From Epiperipatus broadwayi (lineage: Eukaryota; Animalia; Onychophora): 64,000 nucleotides of DNA. The stretch covers positions 23,746,001-23,810,000 of the forward strand of contig JAQFVV010000003.1 in NCBI GenBank assembly GCA_028023455.1. Direction: 5' to 3'. The notes under the pieces are model-generated. The model saw nothing but the letters and a program-made list of their open reading frames with translations, was not told the origin of the DNA and searched no databases. The position numbers and the translations under genes are program-made. Numbering within the stretch: position 1 is the stretch's first letter; the number at the start of each line of letters is the position of its first letter. This document shows, piece by piece, positions 13,219 through 26,450 of this stretch.

Positions 13219-15005
13219 CAGACAACCCTCCTATAACATGGTATATAGGTTTTCTTAGAAAATGCCATGTTGTGTGAAATCATGTTATATGAGACCCAAG
13301 ACTAATAAAAAAAGGTGGTTAGGTTCCAAAAACTAAAACAAATATTTTTTAAAAATTTATAGAAACTTAATTTTTATTAAAAATATTAACATATGTGTGT
13401 ATAACATAAAATAAAAAGAAACAAACTATATCTATTTTTGTTTTAATAACCTTAATTTAATAATTTTCTTCCTCATCTTTGCCTGGCACAAGCAAACATA
13501 AACATTTTTTTTATACTTGAATGATATCATCTTTACCCATTGAATCATTATCATCATTCACCTCTTCTACCTTGTTTAAAAAATCTGTAATTTAGTTGGT
13601 TTACTGGTCTTTACATGATTGTTCTAGATTTCCTGGTATGAATAGGCAATTTTACAGCTTCCTTTTGAATTTTCAGCTTCTTTCAGCAGATGGAGCTGCA
13701 TTCAAGAAAAAGAATTCTAGATTTTTATCTAAGTTTAGGGATTACCATAATTTTTTTAATGTTAATTTATGAATTTCTGTTCTTCTCAGAATCAACTTTA
13801 TTTACAACTTCTAATGCCATTTTCAGTAAAACCACTTTGCCAATTTCTTCTTCCATCAATAAATCTTGAACATCCTGAATAGATATATTCTCAAAACCAT
13901 CATTTCTGATCAATTTAGCAAGTTCTAATATGCCACCAATTTCATTTTCTGGTGATTCAAGCCCATTTTCTATTTTAACTGATGCTGGTCAAATATTTTT
14001 TCAACATGCATTTAACTTTGATGTTTTTCATTCTTTCAATGATATGGGTATGATTTTGAGATAGCACTTAATTGAAAATTGCTTCCAAGCTTTTATTACA
14101 CGATCTCTTCTAAAGTTCTTTGTAATAATCTTCTGATGTAGTAAGTTTTAAAGGTATAAATAATACCTTGATACAATAGCTGGAGTAATGCAGTAGTATT
14201 TGATGATAGAAACACTACTTGGAAGTTGGCATGACTCAAATCTTGTGAGTGACTTGTAACATTATCTAATAGTAACAATACCTTTTTCTTATTTAAATAA
14301 TTTTCAACCTCCAGCACAAAAAACTTTAATTTTAAAAAGCATTCTCTAAATAAATCTCTGGTTACCCAAGTGCATGGGAATTTGAAGATTTATGAACAAA
14401 CAAGGGTTTTGTCATAAAATCTCCTGATGCATTACTACACAAAAGTAAGGTGCAGTTTTTTTTCTTTCAATATAAAGATTCTATTAGGCATTTCCCCCCC
14501 ACTAAATCCCAGTTTCATTCAGATATTAAAAAGTTATTGTGGTGTGTATCCTTGTTTTCTATACTTTTTTGAATTTTTTATGGATATGTCCTGGTAGCTT
14601 TATGATCAGTCTATGCAGATTATCTTGAATTAACACTTTTTGAATTTTTCAAATCAATCTTTACTTGCCACAAAATCTGGGCTGATAGAAGAAGAGCTTT
14701 TTGTTTAATGATATTGCCATCAATGGAATTCTTTTTTGGCAGATATCATCAATCCAAATGCTGAGTGCCTTTTCCATTTTCTCAATTAGTGGCAGACTGG
14801 GATGAGCTGCATTTTGCAGATATCAAAGATTCTACAGCAACAACACTTCTTATTTTTTTTTCATTTTTCTTAATGATTCAGACTGTTGCTTTATATAAAT
14901 TTAGTTTTTGTAATGTGTGATGCTTTTTCTCCTTTTATAAGATGATCCATCTAGAAAATACCCTTTCTTGTAAACATTGTTTTTTTAATTTTTGTTAGAC
15001 ATAGT
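13219..15005 (-). mobile_element. Decayed pogo/Tigger DNA transposon (CENP-B-like DDE transposase)
   Basis: ORF 14096-14317 LLLLDNVTSH...VVFLSSNTTALLQLLYQGIIYTFK and WVTRDLF near 14360. TIR-like CAGACAACCCTCCTATAACATGG at 13219, with an imperfect inverted partner at 16334-16355, so the element may extend that far. Confidence 0.9.
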
Positions 15006-16959
15006 TTGGGATTGAAATTTCTCAAAAATTAGTCTTCAAAATAAAAAGTTATTCTTTAACATCCAAATAAGCTTAAAATAAATTCCTTCCAAAACTACAA
15101 ACATTAGAATTTCTTATATTTTTTTTATTCATATACTGAACACTTGAAACAAAATAGACAATGATGTGTTCTTAACTCAGAGAGAAAGAGTCTGTAAAAT
15201 TAAATTTGGATATTCTCCCAATTGTAAGTATTCAATGGTGTGATGCTATAAGTTGGATATTCCCCCAATTGTATTTTATTTACATATATTGTGCACTCAT
15301 AATGTGTAACTTAGATTTCTATGTACAATATATATTGTAGTAATGGGATTTGAGTTTAAATCTGATTAATTAATAATACGCTGATGTGTTGCAGTGAAAC
15401 TTTTTATGTAATAATTTGTAGGCTTGGTTTCAACTCTAAACATTTATTTTATTTAACTAATGGAAAAATCCACTAATACAGGCTATTCTTAATGTAAGGA
15501 CATACAATAAAACAAATGACACATATATAATGTTAACAATATATTAATAAAAGTATATAAATACTTTTATGTGATAGCAATAGTGAAATAAAGTACATAC
15601 TGATAAATTTATTTGCTGAAATTTTATTTACTGCATGCAGATTCAAAATAATCTTTAAACATCAATAAATAGAACATTAAACTATTGTTAAAATATATGT
15701 GCATTTATATGTTGGTATGATTAAACAATATTAAATTATATGTATATAAAAGAAAATATTATTTTAATATATTTAATTTATTTAAAACAAGTATTCAAAT
15801 ATTGATTATTGTTTGTAAAATAGATGAAGGAGAAGGAGTGTCAACTTTATTTAGATATAATTTGAATATATTTTGTATTCTAATTTGTAGATTTATGTTT
15901 TATTATTTTAAAATACATTGTATAAAAATATATTTTGTTAAATCTTGTGAAAAGCTTTTTAATAGCAAGGAACATCAGATCATTGGAAAAAAACTTTCAT
16001 AAAGTGAACGAATGAATGAATTTGACTTCGAATAAGGAATTACTATGGAAATGGATGTAATTAAAGATTACGTAATAAAATATCCTGAAACAATATCCAA
16101 GAGATGGCATACTAAATAATCTTAAAGAACATTGATTTATTTGCATGCTCTCCTTATAGATATATATGGTTTACTGATACAATACTTATGTTAAATAATA
16201 CAAGTACAGTAGTGTCCCACAAGATTTTCCATAAATTTCTAATCATGTTAGAGTGAATGTTGTAGATGGCATGTTATATGAGGATTTCCACAATTTATCT
16301 TATCACTTTATGGAAAAATTGTGTTGTAAGATGCCATGTTGTAGGAGATTGCTTACTTTAAATTTATAATATTTTACAGAAACTTGTTAGTAATACTAGT
16401 TATGAAAAAATGAGTATTGTGTAACTAATGCTATTTTATGACTGTAACTTTTTTAATATGCTTTCCAGATGTCTTTTCTCAGCAGTTTTAGCAAAAAAAA
16501 AAGTATGTAATTCAGAAGAGAAAATGACAATCTAGAAATAAATCATTGCATTTATTTTTAGAAGAGTTCCATGAAGTAAAGGTGGCTATAATCTCTTGCA
16601 TTTGTGGTTCAAATCAGGGCCGGGTGAACCATGGAAATCTTTTCATGCGTCAAGCAGCTTATAATTTTACTTTTAGGAGTGTTTTTTATTCTACTCCAGA
16701 ATTATCTAATGTAGCATTGAATAATCAGTGAACACTAGATGGTTGTGCTGCTATATTCTCATTTCCTCACATTGATTTCTAGATAGTAGCTTTTGATAAT
16801 GAAACATTGGATTCAAAATTTGACTAATATATCTATATATTTATAATGTGGAAGAATTAAAGATAACTTATAACTGAAATTTACAGATGGTCCCTGAATA
16901 GGATGAAAAGAATTGTTTTTAAAATTATATGTTAAAAGTGGCTTTTTTAAAAAATAGTC

Positions 16960-17200
16960 CATGGTCAGTAATTGGATATTTTGCTATTATTTTTTAAAAT
17001 ATAAAGGTCCCAAGTCAATCTAAATTGGTCAGATAAGGATTGATATGCCAACTAAAAAGCCACAACAATATGACTATAATATGATATAGCTCTACCACTG
17101 ATGAGGAATATGTCATTCTGCTATGGTTATGTCATTATTTAACTTTTTATTTTTAAATCTCTGTCTTAAATATTTAATAAACTGTTAAATATGTAACTAA
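16960..17200 (+). mobile_element. tRNA-like head followed by a hammerhead remnant lacking GAAA
   Basis: AAGGTCCCAAGTCAATC (B-box-like, ~17003). Stem I ATGATATA..ACCA / TGGT-TATGTCAT, CTGATGA at 17098-17104, stem II GGAAT/ATTCT. AATAAA downstream. Confidence 0.55.
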
Positions 17201-17274
17201 TATTTTATTCTACAATTGGATACCACAGAGTATTTCAATTATCATAATATATATATTATTAAAAAGCAATCGGT

Positions 17275-17350
17275 ATTTAGACAATCACATTATCAACAAC
17301 AATCAACAATCTCAAACTGATGTCAAGGCAACCTCCTTTTAACAATGAAG
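17275..17350. repeat. Dispersed ~80-bp repeat, second copy at ~37103-37180
   Basis: TTAGACAAT...AACAATCAACAAT.TCAAACTG.TGTCAAGGCAACCTC.TTTAACAAT is present at both loci. Confidence 0.75.
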
Positions 17351-18369
17351 GTGGAATATATATATATTAAAGCAGTACTAAAATCTGTAAACACAGTTGT
17401 TTAGAGTTATTTTAATTAATAATGATTTTGGATTTTCAAATATTTCCTTACTTGATTTAATATGAGAATAGAATAGATGACCCAAGAACTGCTGTTTGGG
17501 TTTATCACATAATGTTTGAATGGAATTATAAACCATGTAATTACTTAATTTCAAATATTGTCATTCATTAGCAGATATGATTAACTGTAATGCTGTTACT
17601 ATGTATAGTTGAACAATACTATCCTATTTATCGCTGGAATGCTTTTTATAACATTATTCCAACTCATATTGAAACACAAACTTTTGTTTCACCATTGGTA
17701 TAGATGTTACACTTTTGCTTCATTATTTAATGCAAAAGTAAATTCACACTTAGATATAGCTTTTATACGATGGGTGTTTCCGTTTTTTTGTTTATCTAAC
17801 TTCTATATATATATATGTTCAAGTCTCTAAGTAATCAAAAATATATATTTTAAACTATTCTTGACTGTGAATGTCTGTTATCAATATATTCTACTTAATA
17901 GAATAATAATAGTAGAAATTATATTTATTACAAATATCATCTAACAAGATCAACTCAAATTTAAGGAAGATTCCATCTGATAAGGTCAAGTAGCGGTCAT
18001 TTTACATGACATTAAGGTTATATATTTTAAAAACAGATTTTTGTTTAAAAGGGAAAAGTCACAAAATTACACTATAATTCATTGATCTGAAAAAAAAAAA
18101 CCCATATGTAACTGATAGTTTGATTTTCTTTTAAATGTTTATATTATGGTTTTTTTTACACACAATGTATTTATATATATACATAGTTAGAGCCTTGCAA
18201 TATAGTGATAGTACACATATCAGTATTTCCCATGACTTAATTCAAATCAATATCAGATAAAGCTTGGGATTTTTTTTAGTCAGGTAGTCATCCCAAACAT
18301 ACTTCAGTTACCCACTGAATATTGGTCAGTAAATGGATATTTAATAATTATTAGTGATGGAAAATCTCC

Positions 18370-18960
18370 CAAACATTTCTTCCTTGATAAGTGGCAAGTA
18401 TTGTGAGTAATATCATCTGCACTTCTAAGTTTATGAGTGGCCCTTGGAAAGGTCCTATTATTTAAAAGCTATTTTATATCTCCTCCCTCTTTTCTCTGCA
18501 CACTCTATATATTACTTTGTTGTAGATTTATTTTTATGGAAAAATTGATAGAAATTTTTTGCTTTGCCACAATATTTTCTAGTCATTTTACAATATTATC
18601 TTAAGTCTGAAGCTATTGCAGTACTTAAATCTTGCTTTCTGAATATTTGTATGTTTGTAAATATAATGTCTAAAATGTCTGTGTAGACCATATAATTTAC
18701 ATCACATTACATCAAACAAAGCTAGAATAAAACATAGAGTATGAGAAATCTGTTCTCAAAGCAATCTAAATAGTCAATAAATTTATTGAGATTGCTGATA
18801 TTATACATTTTATACATAAACATAGGTGGGTGGTTAGGAATATTTTAATACATATATTTACAGCATGGGCTAAATAATAATTTTATCAACTAAAAATTCT
18901 TTTTATTGTCAGGTAAATCTTCATTAATTTTGTCCTTAATTATAAAGAAATTCATAACAG
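18370..18960 (-). mobile_element. Highly decayed LINE RT fragment
   Basis: Minus-strand remnants NFGNYSV (cf. NYRPISL), DLSTA (cf. DLSKAFD), FQG and SADDIT across frameshifts. Confidence 0.4.
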
Positions 18961-18999
18961 AGTAATTTCCAAAATTGAGAATCTGCTATAAGAAATTAA

Positions 19000-19378
19000 T
19001 TGGGCTATCATATCTTTAATGAGTCTCTATATCAGTAATGAACCTATAGATGGGAATATGTTTGTAGAAGTAAAGACAAAAACAGATAAAGACTGGGCCT
19101 GGGTGGATATGGTGAAAGCTTTTAAAAAGGGCCCTTTGGCAGTGTTAGATTGGCAACTTATGTTAAGTTTGTCATGTGGTTGGCACGAAATAAGGTAACT
19201 TTTGAAAAGGGTATTGATTACAATATTGAGGTATTATACTTCAAGTTGTTAAATGATGCCAAGGACCATGACAAGAGGACATGCCAGCCATGGCTAACCG
19301 ATCAGATTTTGGAACCAGATCAAACTAGGGCCATGCCTTGCCTAGTGTAGTGCTTACCTTACATAATAAATAAATCGA
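19000..19378 (+). mobile_element. L1/Tx1-type 3' fragment
   Basis: ORF 19150-19350 contains MWLARNKVTFE (W..RN...F motif) and is followed by AATAAATAAA. Confidence 0.6.
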
Positions 19379-19566
19379 TATATTAGTAATTAGAAATTAT
19401 AACAGCCCAAAGAGCACTAACATATCACGATGATAAATCCTAGGAAATGAAGGTAGTTAAGCCTGAACAAATTAATAAAAGATTGGGAATAGATAGAAGG
19501 GAAAGTGACTGCTCTACAAGTGGTATGCCATGCAAACCAAGAAATAAGCATATATACCTATAAAGC

Positions 19567-19700
19567 CATTTATAACAGAACTGGGAGAGCTTTAATGGTG
19601 AAATAGACTTGTACAATTGGACAATCCAAACACCTTCTCATTTATAACAGCACTGGGAATGCTCAAATGGTGAAATAGACTTGTACAATTAGACAATCCA
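19567..19700. repeat. 72-bp tandem duplication (about 2 copies)
   Basis: CATTTATAACAG..CTGGGA...AATGGTGAAATAGACTTGTACAATT starts at 19567 and 19639. Confidence 0.85.
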
Positions 19701-20716
19701 AGGACAATATTCCCACTGCAACTGAAGCGGTTGCCTTGTTTCTTTCAAGTTATGGCCCCAAATAATAATGAGACACGAATAGAAGTGTTCTGAAAGTGTA
19801 ACATTGCTGTTAATATAACAACATTTTTGTCTCCAAATAACTAATGGAGAAATGGACATGTATAATTGGACAGTTTTGTGAACAATAATTTCAGCATAAG
19901 AAGTTGGGTTTATGTGTGTAAGTCTGGAAGGGCAGGTGAATTTTGTGTCGCTGCACTTCTGGAACTATTAATATCCCATTCACCTATCCATACATTTATA
20001 CTTGAATGTTCAAAATCATATGCATTGAATCAAGTGTATGGGTGCGGATGCGCTTGACATGCACCAACACTCCCTAAATTTCTTTGTAATGATTCTTGTT
20101 GATTGCATTGTAAAACTTATGCCTTTTGAATCATCTTGAGGCACAAATAAAGGCATTTGAAAGTAAAAACAAGCATAAATAATCCAGACATTGTCTAAAA
20201 TGTATATATATATATATGTATATTTTAAAAGTGAAAAGGTGAATTGTAAATGTTAGCATTTAAAAGTAAAATAAAAAAAACTTTTCAATATAATGGTAAA
20301 TTTTAAATAATTTTAAAGTTAAGTTGATAGTAATGATTTAAATTGTCACATATCATTTTTAACCGTCAATTCATTGCAGGATTTAAGATCTCTCCAAATG
20401 AAAACTAGTTTCTTCACTTCATAGTTTCTCTTCTCCTTGTCACTCCAGGAATCTTTTTTTTTTTTTATCTATCTCATGTGATCCTTTTTTAGTCTAGATA
20501 TTTAAAATTTGTTCAGATTCAGTTTAAGACTAACTGCCATCCATCTATTGCCATTTATTTTAGCAATATATCCAGGTTAGTTCTATTTCAGCCTTTTAAT
20601 TTTTTTATTGGTGTCAATAATCATTGTTTTCTACTTTTGATCCCCCTTGACGCATATAAACAAAGCTGATTTTAAAAAAAAATTCTTTTATATATTACAA
20701 TAATACAAAATAAATA

Positions 20717-21946
20717 CACCTGGGTCTCATTTTATGTGGTAGATAGGTTTCTCAAAAAACACACATAAAAGAAATTGCACAAAAATAGACTTAACTTACC
20801 TTGAAAAATGGGGGATACGTTCCAGTAATTTTTAGAAATCGTATAAAAGCAAAGCAACAAGGAAAAATTACTTTGAAATTTGCATTAAAAAAATAAAGAA
20901 ATAAAGTATGACTAATAAAAAATTTGAAATATTTGAAAAAAATTAATACAAAACAAACTTTTTTTTTATTAACTACAGTATTTAATTTTACATTTTTTCA
21001 TACATATTTTAATCATTACCACTATTTGACAATATGCATTCATTTGTGAACTAGTAAGAAATCAGATTCATAATGTGTACAACTAGTGCCACTTTCAGTC
21101 TTGTAAGTGGAAAAATATGGGTGATTTATTCTGTAAATTAAGTAAGGAAAAAATAGAAAATATTAGGCATCTGTTAATTGAATGTAAATGCTTGAAAACA
21201 GAAAGGGCACATATAATGAAGTTATGGAAGAATAAATATGAAAAAAGTGATTATACAGAAAGTAGATTATTGGTTTTTATGCTGGGTTTGGGAAAAGATA
21301 AGGGGATTTTAGCTATAAAGGTCATAGAGTTGACAAAGATTATGTTGTAGAGTTGGGATGGAGCAGATTATGAGAAAGCTTATGGTGGGGAATGAAAAAT
21401 AAAGTGGCTAACAGGTTTCTCTGGGCATAATTATTGAGAGATTCTTGACTCCGTTTAAGGAGAAGGTACAGTACATCACATCACATGTTAATGGTTTTCT
21501 GTTTCTATATTAAAAAAATGAGATCGCAATCAAAATAAAAAGATTATACATTATTATTAGAAAGATTATTTTCAGTTGAAAAAAATCAATAAAGTCTTTG
21601 TTATTTAAATATGTTTTAAAAGTTTAAAATTTTTGAATATTTATTGCGTTATTTTTATACGTAAGTATAATACATTATTATTATTATTTACTCATTAGTA
21701 TAAGTAGGTTATTTGCATAGAAACTAAGATTCTAAATACAGCTTCAGGCCATATTCATGTTAGCTGCTAATATAATGTTATATTTTTGAAAAAAAAAAAG
21801 TATTTCAAGTCAAAATAAGTTATTAATAATTTAAATTTCTTGATATCTAATAAATATAGTGAAATATGAAAGATATTAAGAAGAAATATGAATCGCATAA
21901 TTTCAAAATCGCATTAAAATAATCCATATAAAACGAGACCCAGGTG
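20717..21946. mobile_element. Non-autonomous pogo/Tigger-like element with 23-bp TIRs and TA TSD
   Basis: TA|CACCTGGGTCTCATTTTATGTGG at 20717 and CCATATAAAACGAGACCCAGGTG|TA ending at 21946. Tigger-like GGGGATACGTTCCAG at ~20811. Confidence 0.85.
21090..21515 (+). mobile_element. L1/Tx1 3' fragment nested in the Tigger-like element
   Basis: ORF 21117-21350 FCKLSKEKIENIRHLLIECKCL resembles the zf-RVT knuckle; A-rich end near 21510. Confidence 0.65.
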
Positions 21947-21957
21947 TATGTATTAAA

Positions 21958-22001
21958 TGGCTGAACACTTTCAAGGGACACAGCCCTCATAGTCATAGCC
22001 A
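21958..22001 (-). ncRNA. Minimal type-I hammerhead with A3-U8 core (inverted partner)
   Basis: Minus strand reads TGGCT-ATGACTA-T-GAGGG ctgtgt CCCTT-GAAA-GTGT-TC-AGCCA. Confidence 0.7.
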
Positions 22002-22145
22002 TATTATAACTAATGAAAGTGGTTCATTGCAATGCAAATGACATTATGTATTCCATTTCTTGGATATATTGTATCACGTGTCTTTTCTGTTGTTATTATT
22101 TGCATAAATTTGCATTGCAATTGGCCACTTTCATTAGTTACAATA

Positions 22146-22189
22146 TGGCTATGACTATAAGGGCTATATTCCTTGAAAGTGCTCAGCCA
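22146..22189 (+). ncRNA. Minimal type-I hammerhead with A3-U8 core (ATGACTA)
   Basis: TGGCT-ATGACTA-T-AAGGG ctatat TCCTT-GAAA-GTGC-TC-AGCCA; predicted cleavage after 22184. Confidence 0.75.
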
Positions 22190-22399
22190 CACTTATATGT
22201 ATTTATTTTGTATTATTGTAATATATGAATTAAAATTTGTGTGTGTATGCATTGTTAGCACAAATCATTTATATAGTACTATTTAACTGCAAAATTTAAA
22301 CATCTTGCTTATATCTCTATATACTTTTTTTGTGTGGTCTGTAAAAGCCATATTGCTCATTTGTTAAATAATCAAGAGGAGACTGATGTTTAAGAATTA

Positions 22400-23250
22400 A
22401 TAAAGTACATTTATTAAAAACATTCTCTTTCAAACACATAGGTCTGCTTCCTTTTAATGTTAACTTTTTTTATGTATCAAAAGCATTTTATCCATGTTTA
22501 ATTCTATGATTAACTTCATTCATTATGTTTCTGTCTGTATTAATAATCTAACTGAAATGTTTATAATAATTACTTTTTTTCAATTCATTATTATCAATTT
22601 TTTAATTCTTATGTGAAAAACTATTCAATTTTATTTTAAAGCTTTTTATCATTTGTCTTTCGTCTTAGATTCTTACTTTTGTCTGATAATTCTTAAAACA
22701 TTTCATGAACCATCTTATCTGCAAAATATAAAGAAGGTTCATTATTTTTGTTTGCATAGCTTTGTATTTTAATCCATAAAATATCCCCACCCCCTAAAGC
22801 TGCTGTAAAAAGTTTTAAAAATATGGAAAGACACTGGCCCTGGAAACTTTTTGTTAATTTTCTTAGCATCGTCATATAATCTACTCATTGGCATTGCATT
22901 TTGATGAAAATTTTTGCTCAAAATATTAATCATCATATTCCAGATATAATGGCAACCATATTAATTAATCTTTTTATAAACTTTCTTAATATTTAGATAT
23001 TTACTGTAGTAAAATAATTCTTTTAAATCTACCTTGTTATTTTGGTTGGGTTGGATCTAAAATTCTTAAGAATTATAAAAATTTGGTAAACATGCTCTAT
23101 AGAACTGATAAAAGAACTTTAACTTTCTTAAATATCAATATTTGGGAATTTCTTTCAATCAACTGATATTTTTTTCATTTTGAACTTAATAATTACATCA
23201 TTGTCTAGAGCTTTTTATTTTTCATAGACTTAATTGTATGTTTCAGTTTA
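22400..23250 (-). mobile_element. Very decayed LINE (L1-like) RT-region fragment
   Basis: IKSMKNK-KALDNDV (cf. SMKNNKAPGPDG) near 23200 and a GGG..I motif in ORF 22693-22875. Confidence 0.3.
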
Positions 23251-25309
23251 TCATTTAAAATACTTAGTGATTGATTGATATATATATATAACTTTGCCAA
23301 CAATTTATAAATATAAATTATAGTTTTTAAAAATTTAAAATAGCAATTTTATAAATTACTGCATTGTACAATGGAGTCATGATATATCTGCAATATTTTA
23401 AGCTTTTCTCACAGATATCAAGTATTAGATTATAGTAAAATATATACAGTTTATTGAATTGCAAATGCACAATACTTTTCAACATATATATATATTACAG
23501 ATGCTTTTTTATATGTTTAGAATGCATACATAACTTAAAATTATAGTATAAACAAAATTAAACATTAATAATAATGTAGTTATTAATAAATTGAAGGAGT
23601 TTATTTATATATGTGCTTACTCAATCACATTCATTCAAAAAAATAGAAATAAAAAAGTTTACTGTACTATATCTGTATTCTTTTTAAATAAAATGAATCA
23701 TGAAATTTCAACTTTCATTGTAAATTAAATATGCTTTGGGTGATATATATATTTTAATAACTTCTTTTTCGTATAAAAATGCAATAGCAATCTTGTTATA
23801 AGATATTACACCCTTTCTAATTGTTTAATGTTTTTAAGTTCATATCAACTTTATAAATGTTCTTAAATTTTTTTTTTAGAAAATATTTTTATTACACAAA
23901 ATACTGTAAATCAGATTCTGAAAAAATAATAAAATGAAGCTTTCAACATTGATTATGGCACTCTTGGTCAATAAAAATGGTAACTATTATATTTATTAAA
24001 TATATGTATTTTAATGTTTTGGTTTTTTTTTTTTACATATAATCAGTGCTCTAAGACAGAAAATGACTACTGCCATATCATAAAATTTATTAAATCTATG
24101 AATTTTAATGTTTTATTTGTGTATGCTTACAATATAGTACTGAATTGTAGTTAAATCACAAAGAAAATTTGGTTAAATAAATTCATGTATGGTATATCTA
24201 ACATTAATAAAAATGGCTGCCACTACATAGAGATTCATAAAATCTAATAAGTTTGTAAATTTCAATGTTTTTATTATTTGTTTATTTACATTTTTTTTTT
24301 TTTTTGGATAGCATGTAATTCAAGTAATATAGCATATACAGTTTATAGCGCAGCTTCACTATTTCATTAGTCAGTTGTAATTTCTTTCCTCATCCATTTT
24401 ATGTTGATCATTAATCTTTGAATAGATTAAAAAAAGGATAGAGAAAGTTGCTTCCTTAAAAGCATTAGTAAATAAAACTTAATTACAAACTTATTAATTC
24501 CATGCCATTCACAAATTTGAGTTTTTATAAAATGTATTGTTTTCAAATTGTAATGTTGATGAAGACTTTTAAGAAATCTTTGAATAGCAAATAAAGTTAA
24601 CAAATGAATGCACGATCAGATAAGACAAGAATTATAATTGGCAAATACTCAGATTAAAATTGGTATATTTTGATAATAATTTGGGATGATCATTTTTCTT
24701 TAAAAAGTATATAATGCATGGAGAGATTAACTGTAAAAAAAAGAAACGAGTAGCAATAAGATAAGTGGACTTCATCATGGACAATAAGGAATGTACTTTT
24801 CAGCAGCTTAAAAAATCAAATAGGTAAAAAAAAATTATTCATATGATTAACAGAAAGGGTTATGTGAGAGTTTACAAGGAAGTTTACTAAACAAAAAAAA
24901 TATAGGATTTTAGATTTGTTCAGACAAGATAACTATTTTAATCACTTAAATGCCATTAGATAAGATTCTTGATTCTTTAAATAATTACAAAGTACCTTTA
25001 TGCTTAATCTCTGACATTTTAACACAATGACCCACAGTTTTAGTTGCACAAGCTAAAAAGTTCTTGGATTAATTCTTAATGGAGTAGTGGGAAAAAAAAT
25101 CATTTAGGTCAGTTAAATAGAACTGTTATATACAACATTCTATTTGGATGTTCAAATTTTATAGGATCATATAAATAATTAATATATGATTAAAACACAC
25201 ACAAAAAATCATGATTTCAGCTTACTCGATATTTTGCAGGAGTAAACTATTTATATAACACCAATTTTTCAACTTCATGTAAATTTTAGTAATCAATAGA
25301 TGCTATATA

Positions 25310-25745
25310 ATAGTGCTTATTAAATCACTATCCAGATGTAACCTTCTCATGTCACAGACTAGTGCCTTGCTTATGATCTTTATTAGTGAGGAGATTTGGA
25401 TTTGCATGGGGGGGGGGATAACTGCTCCTTTCATCCAGCAGCATTTCCTCTTTTTTATGTAACTATGAAGCTACCAGTTTGAAATCCACTACTTAATGCT
25501 TTGAAGCCAAGCCAATTTTTTGTACAGCTTTTGCTATTTGATACATGTAATTATGTATGCATGCTGGCTTGGATTCAAAAGTGTATGCTATTTTTGAATT
25601 TCAGGTTAGTAGCTTGATAATAAAAGAAAATAAAACATGGTTGCTGGATGGGAGGGCATTAGATCTAAAAGATCTGATTTCAGTAGATTCATATCCAAAA
25701 ATCCTCACTCATAAAGGTTATAAGCTTATAAGGTATGGTAAGAAT
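25310..25745. mobile_element. Family C decayed head-to-head pair
   Basis: 25386-25515 is inverted relative to 25565-25710. tRNA-Phe-like TGGGAGGGCATTAGATCTAAAAGATCT at ~25648. The minus strand carries CTAATAA-AGATCATAAGC-AAGGCACTAGTC, homologous to the 31759 hammerhead. Confidence 0.65.
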
Positions 25746-26374
25746 AAAGAATTCAATTAACACTGTATAGGGATTAAATAAACATTACCATCTACTATCT
25801 GTAAATTATTCAAACTTATAATATGTAGAAGGAGTAGAGTAATATAAATAGAGTAAGGTATGATTATTTATACCATTTTTTATTTTTAAGATCATGTAAT
25901 GACTTTTCCATCTTATTCAGTTTGCTGTAACCCACATTATAATTTTTATAACTCGTTTGTATCTAAGAACATTCAATATATTCGTACTTCCCATTCATAT
26001 TTCACCTTCACCCACCCCATATTTATTCTAAACAAAAACCTTTTATATTAAATTTGTATCTAATTTTAATTGTAAATTTTTAGCAATTTGTTATTCTTCG
26101 CTACATTTTATTTTAATTAGATTTAATTTATAGGGTAAAGGGTAAAACAACTTTTTTAGAGCAAAAGCTCCTCCAATAATATCTAACAGAGATCCTGAAG
26201 GAAACTATAGTTTTTATCTGACTTGCCAATTTTGTGCATCTTGGTCCTTGATTTAACTTTCTGGCAAAAAATATTTAGATACTCATTTATTGATAAATAT
26301 TGAGTTATCTGAATTGCACATGAACTGGTTATCTAAAAAGAAAATCCTAAACTTGTTAAAAAAAAAATACATTT

Positions 26375-26450
26375 ATTTGGACGGATTCGAATCAGTATCG
26401 TAAGTATGTTAGACGATGCGCTAAAATCCTTTCAATTTAATTCGTATATT
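26375..26450 (-). mobile_element. tRNA-like (SINE head) sequence
   Basis: Minus strand reads GG..TTAGCGCATCGTCT...TGATTCGAATCC (A/B-box-like); no full cloverleaf. Confidence 0.4.

Larger units (their letters stand above)
21958..22223. mobile_element. Family F: head-to-head pair of variant hammerheads with a ~33-nt tail and an 11-13 bp TSD
   Basis: 21958-22039 is inverted relative to 22108-22189. TATGTATTAAA at 21947-21957 vs TATGAATTAAA at 22224-22234. Confidence 0.85.

Noticed and set aside
15960-16120. NIRSLEKNF as a LINE endonuclease start
   Set aside because: Single short motif with stops; insufficient.
19567-19700. CRISPR-like or coding repeat
   Set aside because: Two direct copies without unique spacers, stops in all plus frames, and a eukaryotic context.
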